This document shows, one piece after another, positions 26,801 through 40,500 of a stretch of DNA of 64,000 bases. Both the position numbers and the translations under genes were made by a program. Positions within the stretch are counted from its first letter, which is position 1. Every line of letters begins with the position of its first letter. The stretch spans positions 15,934,001 to 15,998,000 of the forward strand of contig CM114271.1 in assembly GCA_050084515.1 (NCBI GenBank), given 5' to 3'. Source of the DNA: Blasia pusilla (Eukaryota). The notes under the pieces were generated by a model, which saw only the letters and a list, made by a program, of their open reading frames with translations, was not told the origin of the DNA and ran no database searches.

Positions 26801-29800
26801 GATGTCTCCCATTGAGTCATGGCATGCTACGGCGGCGGAGTTGGTAGATATGCTAGCTAGGCTAGCGATAGAGTGAGCCATGATCACACCAGGTGTGATG
26901 TTATTGGATAATCGAGCATGAGTGTTTTGTTGGGTTAGTCCCATATGTACGGTATACCACCCGCAGCGTGTCCTACTTGATTCGGGAGCACAAACCCTGA
27001 TATTAGGGAAGGCGGTGTGTTTGGCGTTGGGGTTATTGAAAGGTGACATCGAACGTTGTCCCTTTCAGATACAGACCTCTATTGGGGGCATATCATCCAC
27101 GTAGTACATGACTCGACAAGAGTTGGTGGTTAGACTTCAGCCAGAGCATGAGTCGGATAGTGCGATGGTGCGCACTTGGGCAATTACGACACTGGCACAC
27201 TCATATGATATGTTGGTAGGGAGTGCGGTGTTGTATCCCCTTGGGTTTATTCTGGATTTTTGGGAGGAGACGATTTCTTATTGGCCACGGTGGCGATCAC
27301 GTGATGGATGGGTGAGCCATCTGCCGATGTTGTTTGCAGGGAGTAGTGGTGGTCAACCACGTGAGGATACGGTGACCATGTTGGCAGCATTCACAAGTGG
27401 TGTTAGTTGATCATGAGGGTTCGGAGAGAGGAGCACACATGCGGAGCACATTCCCATAGTGGATAGTCCCACGAAAAGATATGCCAGGGTGGGTGTCTCT
27501 TCCCATGGTGTGGAGCTTCTTTATTGTTGTTAGGAACGAGCGTTGAGATGCGTGGAGTGTAGACAAGCTTTTGAGGCATGCATGGAGCCGTGCCTATGTT
27601 TGGAGCAGGATACGAGAGTGTTAGATCTCTTAATTTGGAGGGATCAACACGGCAGGTTGTTGTAGTGTTGCGGGGGTAATGGTACCGATCATGCTAGATG
27701 TATATATGATAGGAGATCATGTCGGGGACATATATGTGTGCTATCTGGAGTTGGGGGTATCCAACTGCCAGCTAGGGGGGCGGTTGTGGGGTTCTTTTGT
27801 ATATGCGTGAGTATATATATTTTATGTGTGGATCTATCCGTATGTTAGGGAAGATTGGTGTTGTATGGTGTGTAGACGTGACTAGCGAAGTGGGTTGTGT
27901 AGCGATGTGTATGCGCACGACAACTATCACATCTTATTTTGACGTAGGTAGAGTTTTATCGCGTCGACGACATAGAGAGTCAACGGGCTGTTTTGGTGTA
28001 ACTTTGTCTCGGGATGTGGAATGAGGTTGGCGACATGTTTGTTGTGTCAGAAATATCGTTTATGGAGATTTCCCTATTTTGGTTTTAGTCCGATATGTGG
28101 CCCGTTGAACAAGTCGATGGTCATCCGGTAACCTATGCATGCATGTTACTGTTAGGAGGGCAATTTGTGGGAGAAGAGCCTTTTGGCTCTTCCCAAGGAT
28201 GTAAGAGTGAGGAATATGGCTTTCCCAAGCCATCTTTCTCATGTTGAGCCTTAGGAGCGCCTCTCTTGCATAGATATGTGTGGGTGTATAGGAGTTAGGG
28301 TGCTAGCCTCTAGATTCCCTCATAGCAGAGGGTGGATGTTGTTTGATATGTCGATGTAGATTCAGGAGTGGAGTTTTAGGCCGGGTGAGCCAATTTTACT
28401 ACTCTTGATTTTGTTGTGGGGCTCCTTTGTATATGCGTGAGTATATTTTTTTTATGTGTGGATCTATCCGTATGTTGGGGAAGATCGGTGTCGTGTGGTA
28501 TGTAGATGTGACCAGCAATGTGGGTTGAGCAGCGATGTGTATGCGTACGACATGTCCGACGGACATAAGTCCACGGATATGGATTTTTACCATGTGCAAG
28601 CTTGAAGGCAATCCACGGAGTGATGACTATGGCCATAAAGAATGCAAAAGAAATTCTCGATTCCCATGTTGCGTTTGAAGATTTCCATGGCGTAAAATAT
28701 ATGAAGATGTTGAGTAAGTCCAAATGACAATTCTGGCACTCAATATGCAATTACAACTTGAAGAATGTTGCATGCACATTCCCAAATGCGCAAGAAAATA
28801 CCACATGCAAGCACCAAGTTAGTGTCCAACTAATTGCTACTTCAAAAGGAATGCACACAATTCACAAGTCTATGAAGCTTAATTGCATCTTGTTTACGCT
28901 TCAATTTTTTAAAATCTGGTTGGGCTATCGTGCGAGGGGAAGTGTCTCTTGCTATCTAGAGTCATCGAGGCATAAGTTCTATTATATCTTTAGCCAAATT
29001 TTGAACTACAGTTGGAAGCTTTCAAAGGCCTTGCTAAGTATCGAGAAGGTGACCTTTAGGAACTATCCAAGTCTAATTAACAGACCGTTGATGAACAAGA
29101 TTACATATTCCCTAATGACGAGAGAACCATTGAGGATGCTTAGAACTTGGCAAGGCCATCTGCCCTTAATATTGAAAATATGTTACAGAAGCTCATGAAA
29201 GTTATTGAAGCTTCTGACTCACACCAACTTGTGATTGACCATACCATACAACAAATGAAATCAGTTTATAAGTCCATTCTCACTTTGAAGGCAAGGAGTG
29301 ATGAGAATGTGCTCTCTACATCAATTGCAGTCGAATACCACTTGAAAGCTTTGTACCAATTAGGCTACTTGATAGGTAATTGAGACAAAGTGGAGTGGGT
29401 TGAAGCCTTACATAGTAATAGTAGGCGCAAACTGAACAACAACTATGAAATTATCATTGTTCAAACCCTGCCCCCTTTCCAACGAGAAGAAAGGGTCAAA
29501 TTCAAGGATATGCAAATAGAGGTAGATATGGCTACCATTGACATGGTTCTAGTTGAATTTCCTACAAACCATACATTATAAGCTTGTAGAAAAGTGATGG
29601 AAAATCCAAGTTGTTATACTCGATCATGAGTGGAAGGTCTTTTGATGAAAAATGTACATTCTTGAATTTTTCACCCATTAAAATTTGAGTATTCACCTCA
29701 TGTCCTTCAAATGCTCTTGGTTACTTGTGTGTTTTTCACCTACTCTATATTGGGAGTCTGTTTGGAACTACTACATCAATAATTGGATGCTCAAAGAAAA

Positions 29801-32166
29801 TGCGAGTAAGTGATAAGCCATCTGTAAACAAGAGATTCCCAATCCAAGAAACTAGAGTCATTGGTTCTTAAGAAAGCAAACTCTCATTCTTTATATGACA
29901 ATTAAACTTTAGATAGAGTCAGAATCCAAACCATTCTGGTTTGGTAGATAGATGGAATCCCTTGATAAAGTCACAAACCACTTCTCAAAGCCAACCCAAG
30001 TGCTCCTAGTATGCCCTCTTTCCATAAGTGACTTGCTTGCATTGGCTCATAACTCCACATATCAAGAGTTTGCCAATAAGCAAGAAAGCCCTACACCAAG
30101 CCTCAAAGGGGAATTCGAGCGACTTGTCATGAATCCATGAGGCTAACTTGGTCATGCGCACTCTCACACAAAGGTGAGGTTGAACCCCATGTATTAGGAG
30201 GTTGGATGAATCTCGCCATGCATGTATATAGAAGCCCTTAATAAACTCTTAGACCGCATTTCAATGCCAACCTAAATGCCCTCGTATGTCCTTTTTCCAG
30301 AAGCAACTTGCTCTCACCAGATCATAATTTGAACTCCAGATATATGGAGTTCGCTTTAAAAAAACCTACCATGGATCACTATACAACAAACAAGAAAGCC
30401 CTACACCAAGCCTCAAAGGGAAGACCAAGTAATTTTCCCTCGTGCTTTCCAAGATTAAGTTATGGAACTTGCATTTCCATGTGAGAATCCAATGTTATGG
30501 AGGCAATCCACACCCTACTGCCCACTACCGGAGCATTGGGTGAGAATTCACAACTTCCTTGGTAGATTTTTGAGAAATTTACGTTACAACGTTTTGTACG
30601 AGAAAGGGAAAGATGAACAACCAACCCACTTGGCTTGAGTCCGGACACCGCACCGCATTGCTAGAGGCACGTCTAGCTAGAATCAAAGGTATGTAGAGGC
30701 AAGGATCTATATGATGCAGCAACTAGCGGGACGGTGGTGTGTGTGGAGTCCACAAGATTATGAAGAACCTTGCTCAAATGGGCAGAAGAGATCCATACAT
30801 CCCTAAGGGTCACGTTTACGAAATGACTGGTTTTATTGCATAGATTGATGCCAATCGCGATGCATCCCAATCGTAATCTAAGTCAAGACGAGGGCCCCAA
30901 TCATCTTGGCCAAAGAATTAGAAATATGCAGCGACTCAATTGCATGAGAGTGCACTCCTTGGATGAGACATGAGCGAGTTTGGACTTTGGAGGAGGACTT
31001 ATCCCATAACATCTCATCATTAAGCTTGAGGAATATTTTCAATTCGTGCCTCTTGATGCTTGATCGATTCAACCTTCTAATCTATGTTGAATTTGTTATT
31101 TAGATACTACAACCTTTATATTTACATATTTCCCTGATGGGAGAGATCACTCGAGAGTGCAAGGGGAAAAAAATCGACATGGGAGCATGTGATAGTTCTC
31201 AGCGACAGTAGTCCAGCCTTAACCATGGAATGGTCGAGTTGTGTCTACACACTCGCCTCTCTTTTTCTGCGGGTTCGAGTTTTCCACTAGCTGTGCAAGA
31301 TCCTCGACATGGAAGCATATGACAATTCCCAATGAACGTTTGTGAGGTGTCGAGAGAGGCTAAGCAATCGAAAGAAAATACCTACATTAAGATTATGGTC
31401 ACAATATGCCTGTGCATAGCACGAGCATTCTTACTAGTAGTATGATAAGTAAGCAAGATAAATGTATGTGTCAAACAAATGCCATCTATTCCTTCACGAA
31501 ATTGAAATTTAATTACAGTATTTCTTACATAAGAGACACTAGTAAAGACTTATAATAGACTGCTTAGTAATGCACAAATCCCTATTCACGGCCTCTACAG
31601 ATATGTGTCAGTTTTTTTTCTCATCGTTTATATTATCCACGTGTACTCCACATGTATGTTTAGTAATTTTATAATACTTTCCCCCTCTCAAGGCCGCACT
31701 GGTTAATAATTCGAGTTAATATTTCACTCTCCTTACCAATATCTCCATATCACTCCAAAAACATTTTGGAACTGTGACATGTGTCAAACATAGAGGAGGA
31801 GGAAAAAAAGGTATCCTTAAATTCTTAAACTGTTAAATCATTAAATTTTATTCTTAATTCTTAATTTAAATATAATAATCTTAGTTATAAAAGAAAATGT
31901 TTACGGCAGCACACCAACTAGTGCTGCCTTGTAACGCGTGCTCGGCTGAAAGATGATGGACCGATATAACGCAGCAGAGACCCGTCTTTTGAAACCTCTA
32001 CGGGAAGACGAGCTAGTCTGGACAGGGAGGGTATTAGGGCAGACAGAGGGATCGACAGGACGAGGGTCGAAGAGAAGCGCGGGACGAGGCACGCGAAGGT
32101 TTGATCTCGCGATCGAGTAGGGGGTTGGCGTAGGGAGTTTATCATCCACAGCAAGTGCTTGCAAAG

Positions 32167-35100
32167 ATGCAGAGCGGTGCGGAGCTCGAGGAGAATCTGA
32201 GCACGTACGAGGAGCAGCTGCAGCAAGTAAGTTGCAATCCATCTCTTGGTCTTGACGGAAATGCCGGGTTGGAGGCGAAAACGTTTTGTGCCTTTGCGAG
32301 GAGATGATTGCCCTTTGCGTTCGTCTGTCATTGATTGTCTGGGAATTCGAGATTAGCGATGAGACAGTCGGTGTCGGTCGTTTTATTTGCGTCTGGAGAT
32401 CGATTGTACCTTCGAATGGAAATTTATGTGTTCTGCTTGTCAGAATTCGATATCGACTTGTCGGCCCTAAGTTTATTTCGATGGATTTGGAAATATCCAG
32501 CTGTGTTTTCATAGTGTGGTAAACATGTTGGCAGGTGAGGGAGTTACATGAGGCCGAGCCGGACAACGCCGAGTATGGAGAAATGGTTAAAGAATTGGAA
32601 GAGGTTAGTATGAGCGGCATTTTTGGGTCATGCTTGGACGCTTTGCTGGAGAACGAATTGAAACTTGCTTGGCTGCGATGTTGTAATGAATGATTATCAG
32701 CACCTGGTAGTGTAAACGTACACTGCTGAGTGGGAAAGAGAGAGCATGTGAGTGATGAAAGCTAGTCAGTGTACCTAAGGAGTCACCAATGTTGTTCAAG
32801 CAGGGCAGCACGACACAGCTGCATGCGAGACAGGACCTTTTTTGGAGTTGCTTTGCAAGGTGAGGTGGTTTGCCCTCTTGAATGGAATATAGTACTGCGA
32901 CATGGGCTTTGGGGCCAATCAGAGTTGTTCTTCATACCCCTCACTGTCTCAATTAAATTTTCATGGAACGTAGGGCATGATGCCTACATTCAAAAGCGCA
33001 GCACTGAATATGGATACTTTTTGTTGTGTAATCTGCCTCAGTCATCTGCGTCCTAGCCTTGTTCTGGCAGGTTATCAGATGTGATGGTTTCAATCATCGA
33101 TTCTCATCAAAAGTCTTTGGTGTGACGATGGGATGGTCAGGTTCTTGAGCTCACACGGGACTTGCTCGCTGCTGCAAGACAAGGCGAGGCAGATGATTCT
33201 TCCATACCTCTACAAACTCACAAGAAAATTTCAAGACCCGTCAATGATCAGGTATAGCCGGAAACATTGTTTCCTCAAATATGAATGTCATTGAAAGTTG
33301 TGTAGCTCTTCTCTAGTTGCCTGGTCTGAATGTCTTTTCAGTGGAGAATGATTTGAAAACTTTGCTGTTAGGTAGCAAGATGGTACCAAGATGCATTTGA
33401 TGTTTTGCAACACCGCTAACTAAATAACTACGAGGGTGCCGCCAATCGGATTGCAGGTAGTAGAGTCCCTGGACATACCAGGACGCATGCCAGTTGGCAG
33501 CAGAGTGCAAGCAGTTTGGAGTGAAGATGGTGAATGGTGAGCTCCATTTGTTGATTGTTGTTGGTGTAGTCTCTGCCTCTGTTCTCATGGGAAGCCTGTA
33601 GTTGTTTCTCATGAGTTAATTGCTATCTCCATAACTAATATGATTGGCTGTTATCCAGGTACAATGCGATAGTTGAAGCAATCACTCCAAATGGATACTT
33701 TGTCTCTTACGATGAGTGGGGGAATAAGGAAGAGGTACTCATTTGACTGATCTACGCACTCTCATTCAGGTGTAGGGTAGCAGGTGAAAAGAAATTGGAA
33801 CATTCCCCTACTTCGTTCTCACTAACTTTAAGCAGATTGTCCAAAGGTCCACATGCCACTGGTTATCTTTCCTCAATCCCCCACAGTGCTATTCTAGAAA
33901 AGATGAAGATGTCGCATCAGCAGGGTAAGGGGTCCCTAGAGTGTTTCAGGAGAGAGCCCTCCATCCAGAACAGGATGACCTAATGTTAAATAATAGCAAA
34001 TTATGTAGTCCGTGGAAAAAAAAAATTAGAGTGATTATGAAGACACACATCACACCTGGTCTAGAACAAGCTCTTTGCAGTTCCCAGGGCAGAGTTTAAT
34101 GTCTGGGCCCCCACCCTGATCTTCCAGCCTGTGTAAGTCATGTACTCTTGGGACTGATTCAAAAGCTTTGGGAAACAAAACCAACGGAGGCAGCATCTTT
34201 TCCTTGGTTGCCAAAAGTATAATCACTGTCATGAAGCTTCCTGTAGTGTGGAATATTGTAGAAATAAACTCTCATTACTTGTGACTTACCTACCTTCTGA
34301 ACTAACTTCTCAGGTAGACCTGGCAAATGTTCGAAGTATTACCATTCAAGCAGACGAGGATATACCCATTGAAGAGGATCCCCTTCTAGATGCTGAAAGA
34401 GAGGCAGAGGCTACCAAAATGGCACTGAAACGGAAGATAGCACAAGCAGCTGATACTGATGTTATGCCCAAGGATTTGCCTGCCAAGTTGAAAATCCGAC
34501 CTGAGGATCCTGAGGATCTGGTAAGCAGTCTTTACTGAAGTGGCAAATCAGTTGGTAAAATTTGAAATTAGAAAATATATTGGAATCCCATATTGCAGTA
34601 ATGAAGTTGGCATAGATCTGAAGACACCAGGTCAATGCCTAGTTGAAATATGATTCTGGTTCACTTCTGTGTCCAAAGGTATCTAATGCTTGCATGCACT
34701 GGGTGGACAGAAAATTGCGAAAAGAAAGAAAATTCATGCATTTAAATCAAAGCAAAGGCTTGAACAAATGGAGCTCACTCAAAACAAGCGACAAAATGCA
34801 TGGCAACAATTTCAAACTGCTAAGGGGAAGTCAAAAAAGGTAACTAAATAGTGTTTTGGGTATGAATGCATCGTGAGCAGACTGTACTACACAACAAAGG
34901 ATGCAAAGTAATGGATTGCTCCAGTAGAATATGCAAAGTGGAACACAAGTCTTGAATGAATGACTTGTTCTGAGACTAATTTATAAGTTCCTTGGAAGAA
35001 ATCTGAGAGGGTAGGACATGTTATTTATGTATCCCAGTGTCTTATTTATTCCCTAATCCAGTCAACTGAGCAGTGGTTATGGGTTTCTAGCAGGTTGGAT

Positions 35101-35261
35101 TTTTCACAGGTCGCAAGAAGGAGAGTATCTTCAAATCTCCGGATGATCCAAAGGGGAAGGTGGGTGTTACAGGTAGTGGCAAAGGAATTACGGAGTTTCA
35201 CAAGCGGGAAAAGCACCTTCACATGAGAGTAGGAGGAGAGGATGGAGAAGACTGGCAATGA
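32167..35261 (+). CDS. SPF30: Survival of motor neuron-related splicing factor 30 (Tudor domain, SMNDC1 homolog), 8 exons, 299 aa
   Basis: Exons 32167-32226, 32535-32603, 33141-33251, 33457-33536, 33659-33734, 34314-34520, 34711-34839, 35094-35261, all GT-AG, giving one open frame. N-terminus MQSGAELEENLSTYEEQLQQV; Tudor GSRVQAVWSEDGEWYNAIVEAITPNGYFVSYDEWGNKEEV; C-terminus KRQNAWQQF...ESIFKSPDDPKGKVGVTGSGK. Confidence 0.95.
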
Positions 35262-37149
35262 GGCACATTCTTTTTATGGCAGTTTATACTGTCCTTGTAT
35301 AAAATTTTGGATATGCAGTACTGTAGGGCACTTCCCCTACTTACTCTATGTTACAGCCTAGATAGGTGTAGGTATTCCCACATTTGTAGGCAAACGTCCA
35401 ATTGTAACAAAGTGAACGGAGCTCAGATTTATTGGTTTTGAGCATCTATGTAGGTTGGGCTGTAATATGGTCTTGTGACCTCTTTCCTGTGCGATCAGCA
35501 GCTGTCTGTTCAAATTTTGTAAACCATATTAAGCAGAAGAGATGAAGGCAAAAATGGAGAAGAGTGGAAGAATGGTCTCAAAACTCTGGGCCAAAGAGAG
35601 TTTCAGATATAGTCTATGTACACAGCATGACTGTAGTTTGCTATTGCTAGTGTCTCCCATCCCAGGTAGTGGAGGTAGGCTCACAACAATTCCATATTAG
35701 GTGAAAAAACAGCTTACTTAAACCTTGCCATCTTGCAGCCCTCGACTTTGGTTGTGCATTGAAACTTGAAGACTCCCTCTTTGATTAACAAGTGTCCATG
35801 GTACTTTGGGGCAATATATGCACGAATGCCAAATGCACAGCCAAAGACTAATTCTTATGGAGGCCGCGTAGCAATCACTACACGTGGGAAGAGAGATGAC
35901 AAGAAGCACGCACCCACTCCGATAAAAGTTGTCACGCTAATGTAGATAAAATGGGAGGAGTTGAAGCCCCCAAGAGCAACACTTATTCGTAGCGGCCTCC
36001 CCAGAAAGCCTACACACAAATTGATGTCCCAGCCCTGGAGGACCAAATCTCCCCTCATAATGCCCAAAGACACGCTCTGTCACAGAAGGAGACGCATCAA
36101 TATTGATGCACCCGGCGCTTCTGTTGCAGAACATGGAGACAAACGTCTGAACGATTGACAACATCCTTCTTATCATCAGAGTATCACTCGGGAACTCTCC
36201 CGAGACCCTCGTTTTGGACAAGCCACTGGACCCGGAAGGTGAAATGGTAGGAGAGCCTATCCACCAAGTCAACTTACGTGTAGAGACATAAGGTGCAAAG
36301 GTTTAAGAGTTGTTTGCCATTGCATGCTAGCTCATTGTTCTCTTTCAATGCTAATTCCAGAAGTTCAGATTCCCGAAATGGAGTGAATACAAAACCATAC
36401 TACCACAGCAAGAGAAAGGGAAAAAAGGTTAGAGTTGAACAAAACCACATGGAAATATCTCTAAGGTTGGTTTAAAAGTTGTTGAACTGATTAATATGGT
36501 CACTTCCTCACAAGAAACCCATGGAAATTTGATATATTAGGACTTAATATGGTCTCTCATGTCTGATTTATATCCCACAACCCTCTCAAGGGTAATTATG
36601 TGGATTTGAAGAAGGTTTAGACATATGGCAATGTTACTCTTGCAAGATGTTTCCCTTTCCTACACTCCTTGCTCACAATGAACTGTGGGACACACAACAT
36701 GCATGTGCCTACAATCCAAGAGAATTTGATGTCTACCCTTCCCCACATTGAATTTGGTATACATTTCGAAAGCAATTAGTGCATCAAGCTCAAATGGTTT
36801 GTTTGCTCAAAACATGTAGAAAGTTGCTAAAGAAAGCACAATTTATGGGATATGATACTATGGAGAATAAACTTTTGCAAAGAGAGAATGAGTGGGGGAT
36901 GGTCCTGTTTACAATTATATAGGGTATGTAGTATATACCATCACTCTTAATCCTAACCATTGTCTCTAGTTGAATTAAATGTGATTAAGCAACCCTATTT
37001 AAGCTAGTCATGGTTATTTGACCAACCTTGTTATGTGTACTTCTGTTGTATCACCATGCGAGTACCAAATATCGCTATTCCTATGTCTAGTGGGGCCATA
37101 ACAAGTTTGCAAGATATCCATGAAGATTTTGTAGTCTTGGGAGTATTTG

Positions 37150-37544
37150 TACACATGAGTGGTGGCGGACATAGTGAGAGCTATAGAGCCACAACCAATC
37201 CTACGACGAGCCATGCGATTTGGATAGTGGGGACTCATCTCTTGTGAGTGCGGGAAAATGGATGGGCACAAGTGGTGTCTGATCATTCCCAATATCTTGG
37301 GCATATGGTACTCATCCCAAAGTACGACATCCCCAAGAGGAGTTGGGAGCATTTTATAGTAAAGTGCACACACAACTTACTCTAGGGATAATATTAGTGG
37401 TGAGGGATGCAAACATATGCACGTGAGTTTGTGAGTCGTTGTGTGGTGTGTGATAGTATCGTTCAATGCTTCTACACTAGAGTTTGAATTTTGCATGGCC
37501 CTTAACATTGATTAGTTGGTATAAGCGATTTTTTTGGTGATACT
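37150..37544 (+). pseudogene. Highly decayed integrase fragment of an older related element (target of F1-b)
   Basis: Remnants ILRRAMRF..GTHLL.VRENG, QEELG.HF, FVSRCVVCD..SFNA align with the F1 integrase N-terminus. Confidence 0.6.
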
Positions 37545-40500
37545 TGTCACCACTTTTAGGATAGATCGGCGAGATCTAGTAGCGCGCCTTCAGGGATACT
37601 AGAGGACAACCTCAAGAGGTTGAGGATGACATGTTGAAGCCTCAAGCATCTTGCGAGAGCAGGTTTCCCATTCGTTTCGGCTCATTTGGAGCCATATAGA
37701 GAAGCTTACTATTTTGGGTAAGTTTCCATTTGGAGCATAGTTGACTTTCCACTTTGGAAAGTGTCCCTTGACCAGATACAGCAGGTCAAGAGCCAAGGAG
37801 GTGACCTGCGAGCATAGGTTACCGATGAGAGAGCTTGGGAGAGGGAAGGGGGGGTATACCTCAAGGAGAAAGAGCTTGAGAGCTCATTCTCTGTTTGTTG
37901 AACCTTTTGGCACAAGTCGGCGGAGCTATGGTCCCTTGCCTCGTAAGTGTAATCCAAGCCTCTCATTAGGAGAGTGGGTTTGGTTTGACATTGAGAGAGA
38001 CATGTGAGAGTGCACACATTTGAGAGCTATGGTGTTGAGAGAGATTGGATCTACTTGATTTACAAAGAGAGAATGAGTGAGTGAGAGAGCTTCATGGTTT
38101 TGCAGGTTGGGGATCGTATTTCCCATTCAGCGGTTCATGGGAGTGCTCACCGGAGCAAGAGCCGCTTACTTTTGATGTGTCCTTTGCCGATTTTTCATGT
38201 GGAAGAGTGGCGTGCGGAAGCGTTGCCCAAATTTTGATAGGGATTGAGTATGGGGGTGGGTTGCCCCATGCTAATGCTCTTGGGAGCACCGTGTAGCTTT
38301 TTGATTTTTATTTTCACAGGGTTTACATTTTTTTTGGGAGAAATCAGCGCGGAAGCCTTGCCAAATTTTGTGTAGGAGAAAGAGACTTTGGGTTGCACGA
38401 CAATCCCTGTCAATTTTTGGTGGAAAATCAAATAGGAAAAATGATTTAACAAGGTCGTAGATCGGGAAGTGGTGTATGATGCTGAAGAAATGGTGCACAA
38501 TTTGGAGATTGGAGCACGAACTTATGATCATTTTTGTTGGGCTACCATAGCCACCGTTCGAAGGTGTGAGTGAAATTTTGAATTTTTTGGGTTGAAATTC
38601 TTTCTTGAGAGGTAGAAAAAAATCAGTTTACTTGGTGGATAGGACAAGTGAATTCAGCTATTTGGAGGTAGGGTGAGTAGATCCCATTTTTGGGGGATGT
38701 TGACCCTCAATCTTAGGAGGGATTTGTGTTAAGGCATTAAATTTGCAGACTTGTAAGGAGGGGGGCTATCAAGTAGGGGAATATAGTGGAGATCCAATTT
38801 TCCCGGGGGGTTATTCTAGTTTAAAAATAAATAAATATTTTTTTTGGCGGGGGACAACGTCTGACCTACCACGTCCTAGCCGACTATCCTAGAGACGCGC
38901 AAACCGGTGTGCACTTACTACCGCCATTGTATGTTGTGTGGTTCGTCGACGCTTTAGGGCCGCTACGCGGTTATCGGACCTCCTAGTGCCGAAAAAATAC
39001 TGAGCCGCCGTGCAACCGTGCGCTGCTCCGTCCGACCCTGCGTTACTGCTGCCCGTAGAGCCGAATCTCTGAATCTTTGTCCCAGACCGCCTCAGCTGCT
39101 TGTGTTCGTGGTCAGCAGTTTGCATTTTGGATTGATGGGGTCGTAGTGTTCCATTTGGTTTGTTATGCTGCGATTTGTAGCTGCTCAAGGACGATCGAGT
39201 ACCGTGCTGTGATGCCCGTAGCTCCAATGCGCCGCCAATTGCCGTGTTGCTTGTGGCCGCACCGTACCATCTCGATCGCCGAGCCGCACCCTCACTGGAG
39301 AGCAAAGCGTGTATTGCTATTGAGGAGGGTTTGCCTTTGAGAGCCGCACCCTATTACCGAGTGGCGTGCTATTTGTAGCTTTTCCTTGCCTGAGTGTGCC
39401 GCACCGTACCGCTGGACTGCACCGCACACCGAGGAGATTTGAGCATCGTCAGGACCAGAGGAGTACGACTTGCTGCTTAGAGGAGTTGTCTTCACGACCG
39501 AGTTGGGATCAAATTTTTTCAGTTGCTGAGGCGCGACATCGACACTTGTTTTCAAGTTACCCATTCTGGTCTTTTGCCTTGCATGTGTTAGGATTTCGGG
39601 TATTGGGCAGTTATTTGGGATATTGGGTTTTGTGTAGATGCCGAGAGCATCGTTCATGTATGTGGTTTAGGGGACATAGACCTGTGTGGGATGTCCAGAG
39701 TTGATGGTAGGTTTTTTATGAGATGATAGCCTAGTGATTTTCCGCACCACGCCGCTTGTTGCCGCACGTCACACGTCTCGGTGAGAGGGAGTGTAGACTT
39801 AGTGCCACATGTTGGGTTGAGTGGTTGAGGGATTACTCACGAGGTTGAGAGTGATCGTGTGAGAGGGGCATGAGGGTCATCAAGGTGTCCTTTCGCGACT
39901 TTGAGAGGCGAGGTGGTGGACTTGAGAGTAGCTCTAGAGGCTTTACCCTGAGTGGTGCGAGGTTTCAAGAGTCTCCACATGAGAGTCCACCTCGATCTCC
40001 TTCTGTGTCATCTTCAGACAAGGGGAAGAGTGTAGACGAGTTTGCTAGTGATCCACTGCACACATTGAGTGGTCCTACCACTTGGGCGTACGAGATGGAC
40101 GACGGGGGTAGAGGACTGCGTAGGTTTTTGGGTGCTATAGGCACTATAGAGTTATACGACTTCATTGCGGAGTTTAGGAGTTGGTGTGACTCATAGCGGG
40201 CTAGGAACTCCAGTGAGTTCAACTTGTTTACAACATGGAACGGAATGTTCTAGCATTTAGAGGGGGCACCCATGGACGATGACCATGAGTTCTCGCAGAG
40301 ACATGCCCATGAGATTGAGGCCCAGAGACTCTACTATGACCCACACTATGTGTCATGGATTGAGCCATTTCCAAATGAGGAGGAGTCATTAGAGGGTTCC
40401 TCCACCAGTGATGTTGTAAGAGGGGTGACTCGCACTGGAGCAGCTGCATCATCCAGTCGAGTTCATCCCAAGTTCAACCTCGTGGTTGAGTTCTTAGTTG

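Larger units (their letters stand above)
12198..28552 (+). mobile_element. Subfamily F2 copy a; internally deleted (MTase body to integrase lost); interrupted by a solo-LTR-like insert and the F3 element
   Basis: 4-bp TSD TGTC (12194-12197 / 28553-28556). B1 12198-12681; gag 14978-15790 resuming at 25714; protease VLLDSGAQ ~26970; MTase motif I remnant ~27620; PPT 27775-27784; A1 27785-27922, AC spacer, B2 27925-28411, A2 28415-28552. Confidence 0.9.

Noticed and set aside
31901-32620. 239-aa minus-strand ORF
   Set aside because: Antisense to the SPF30 5' UTR and exons 1-2; no recognisable motif.
35855-36290. Possible gag-like fragment downstream of SPF30
   Set aside because: Short ORFs without diagnostic motifs; cannot be supported.
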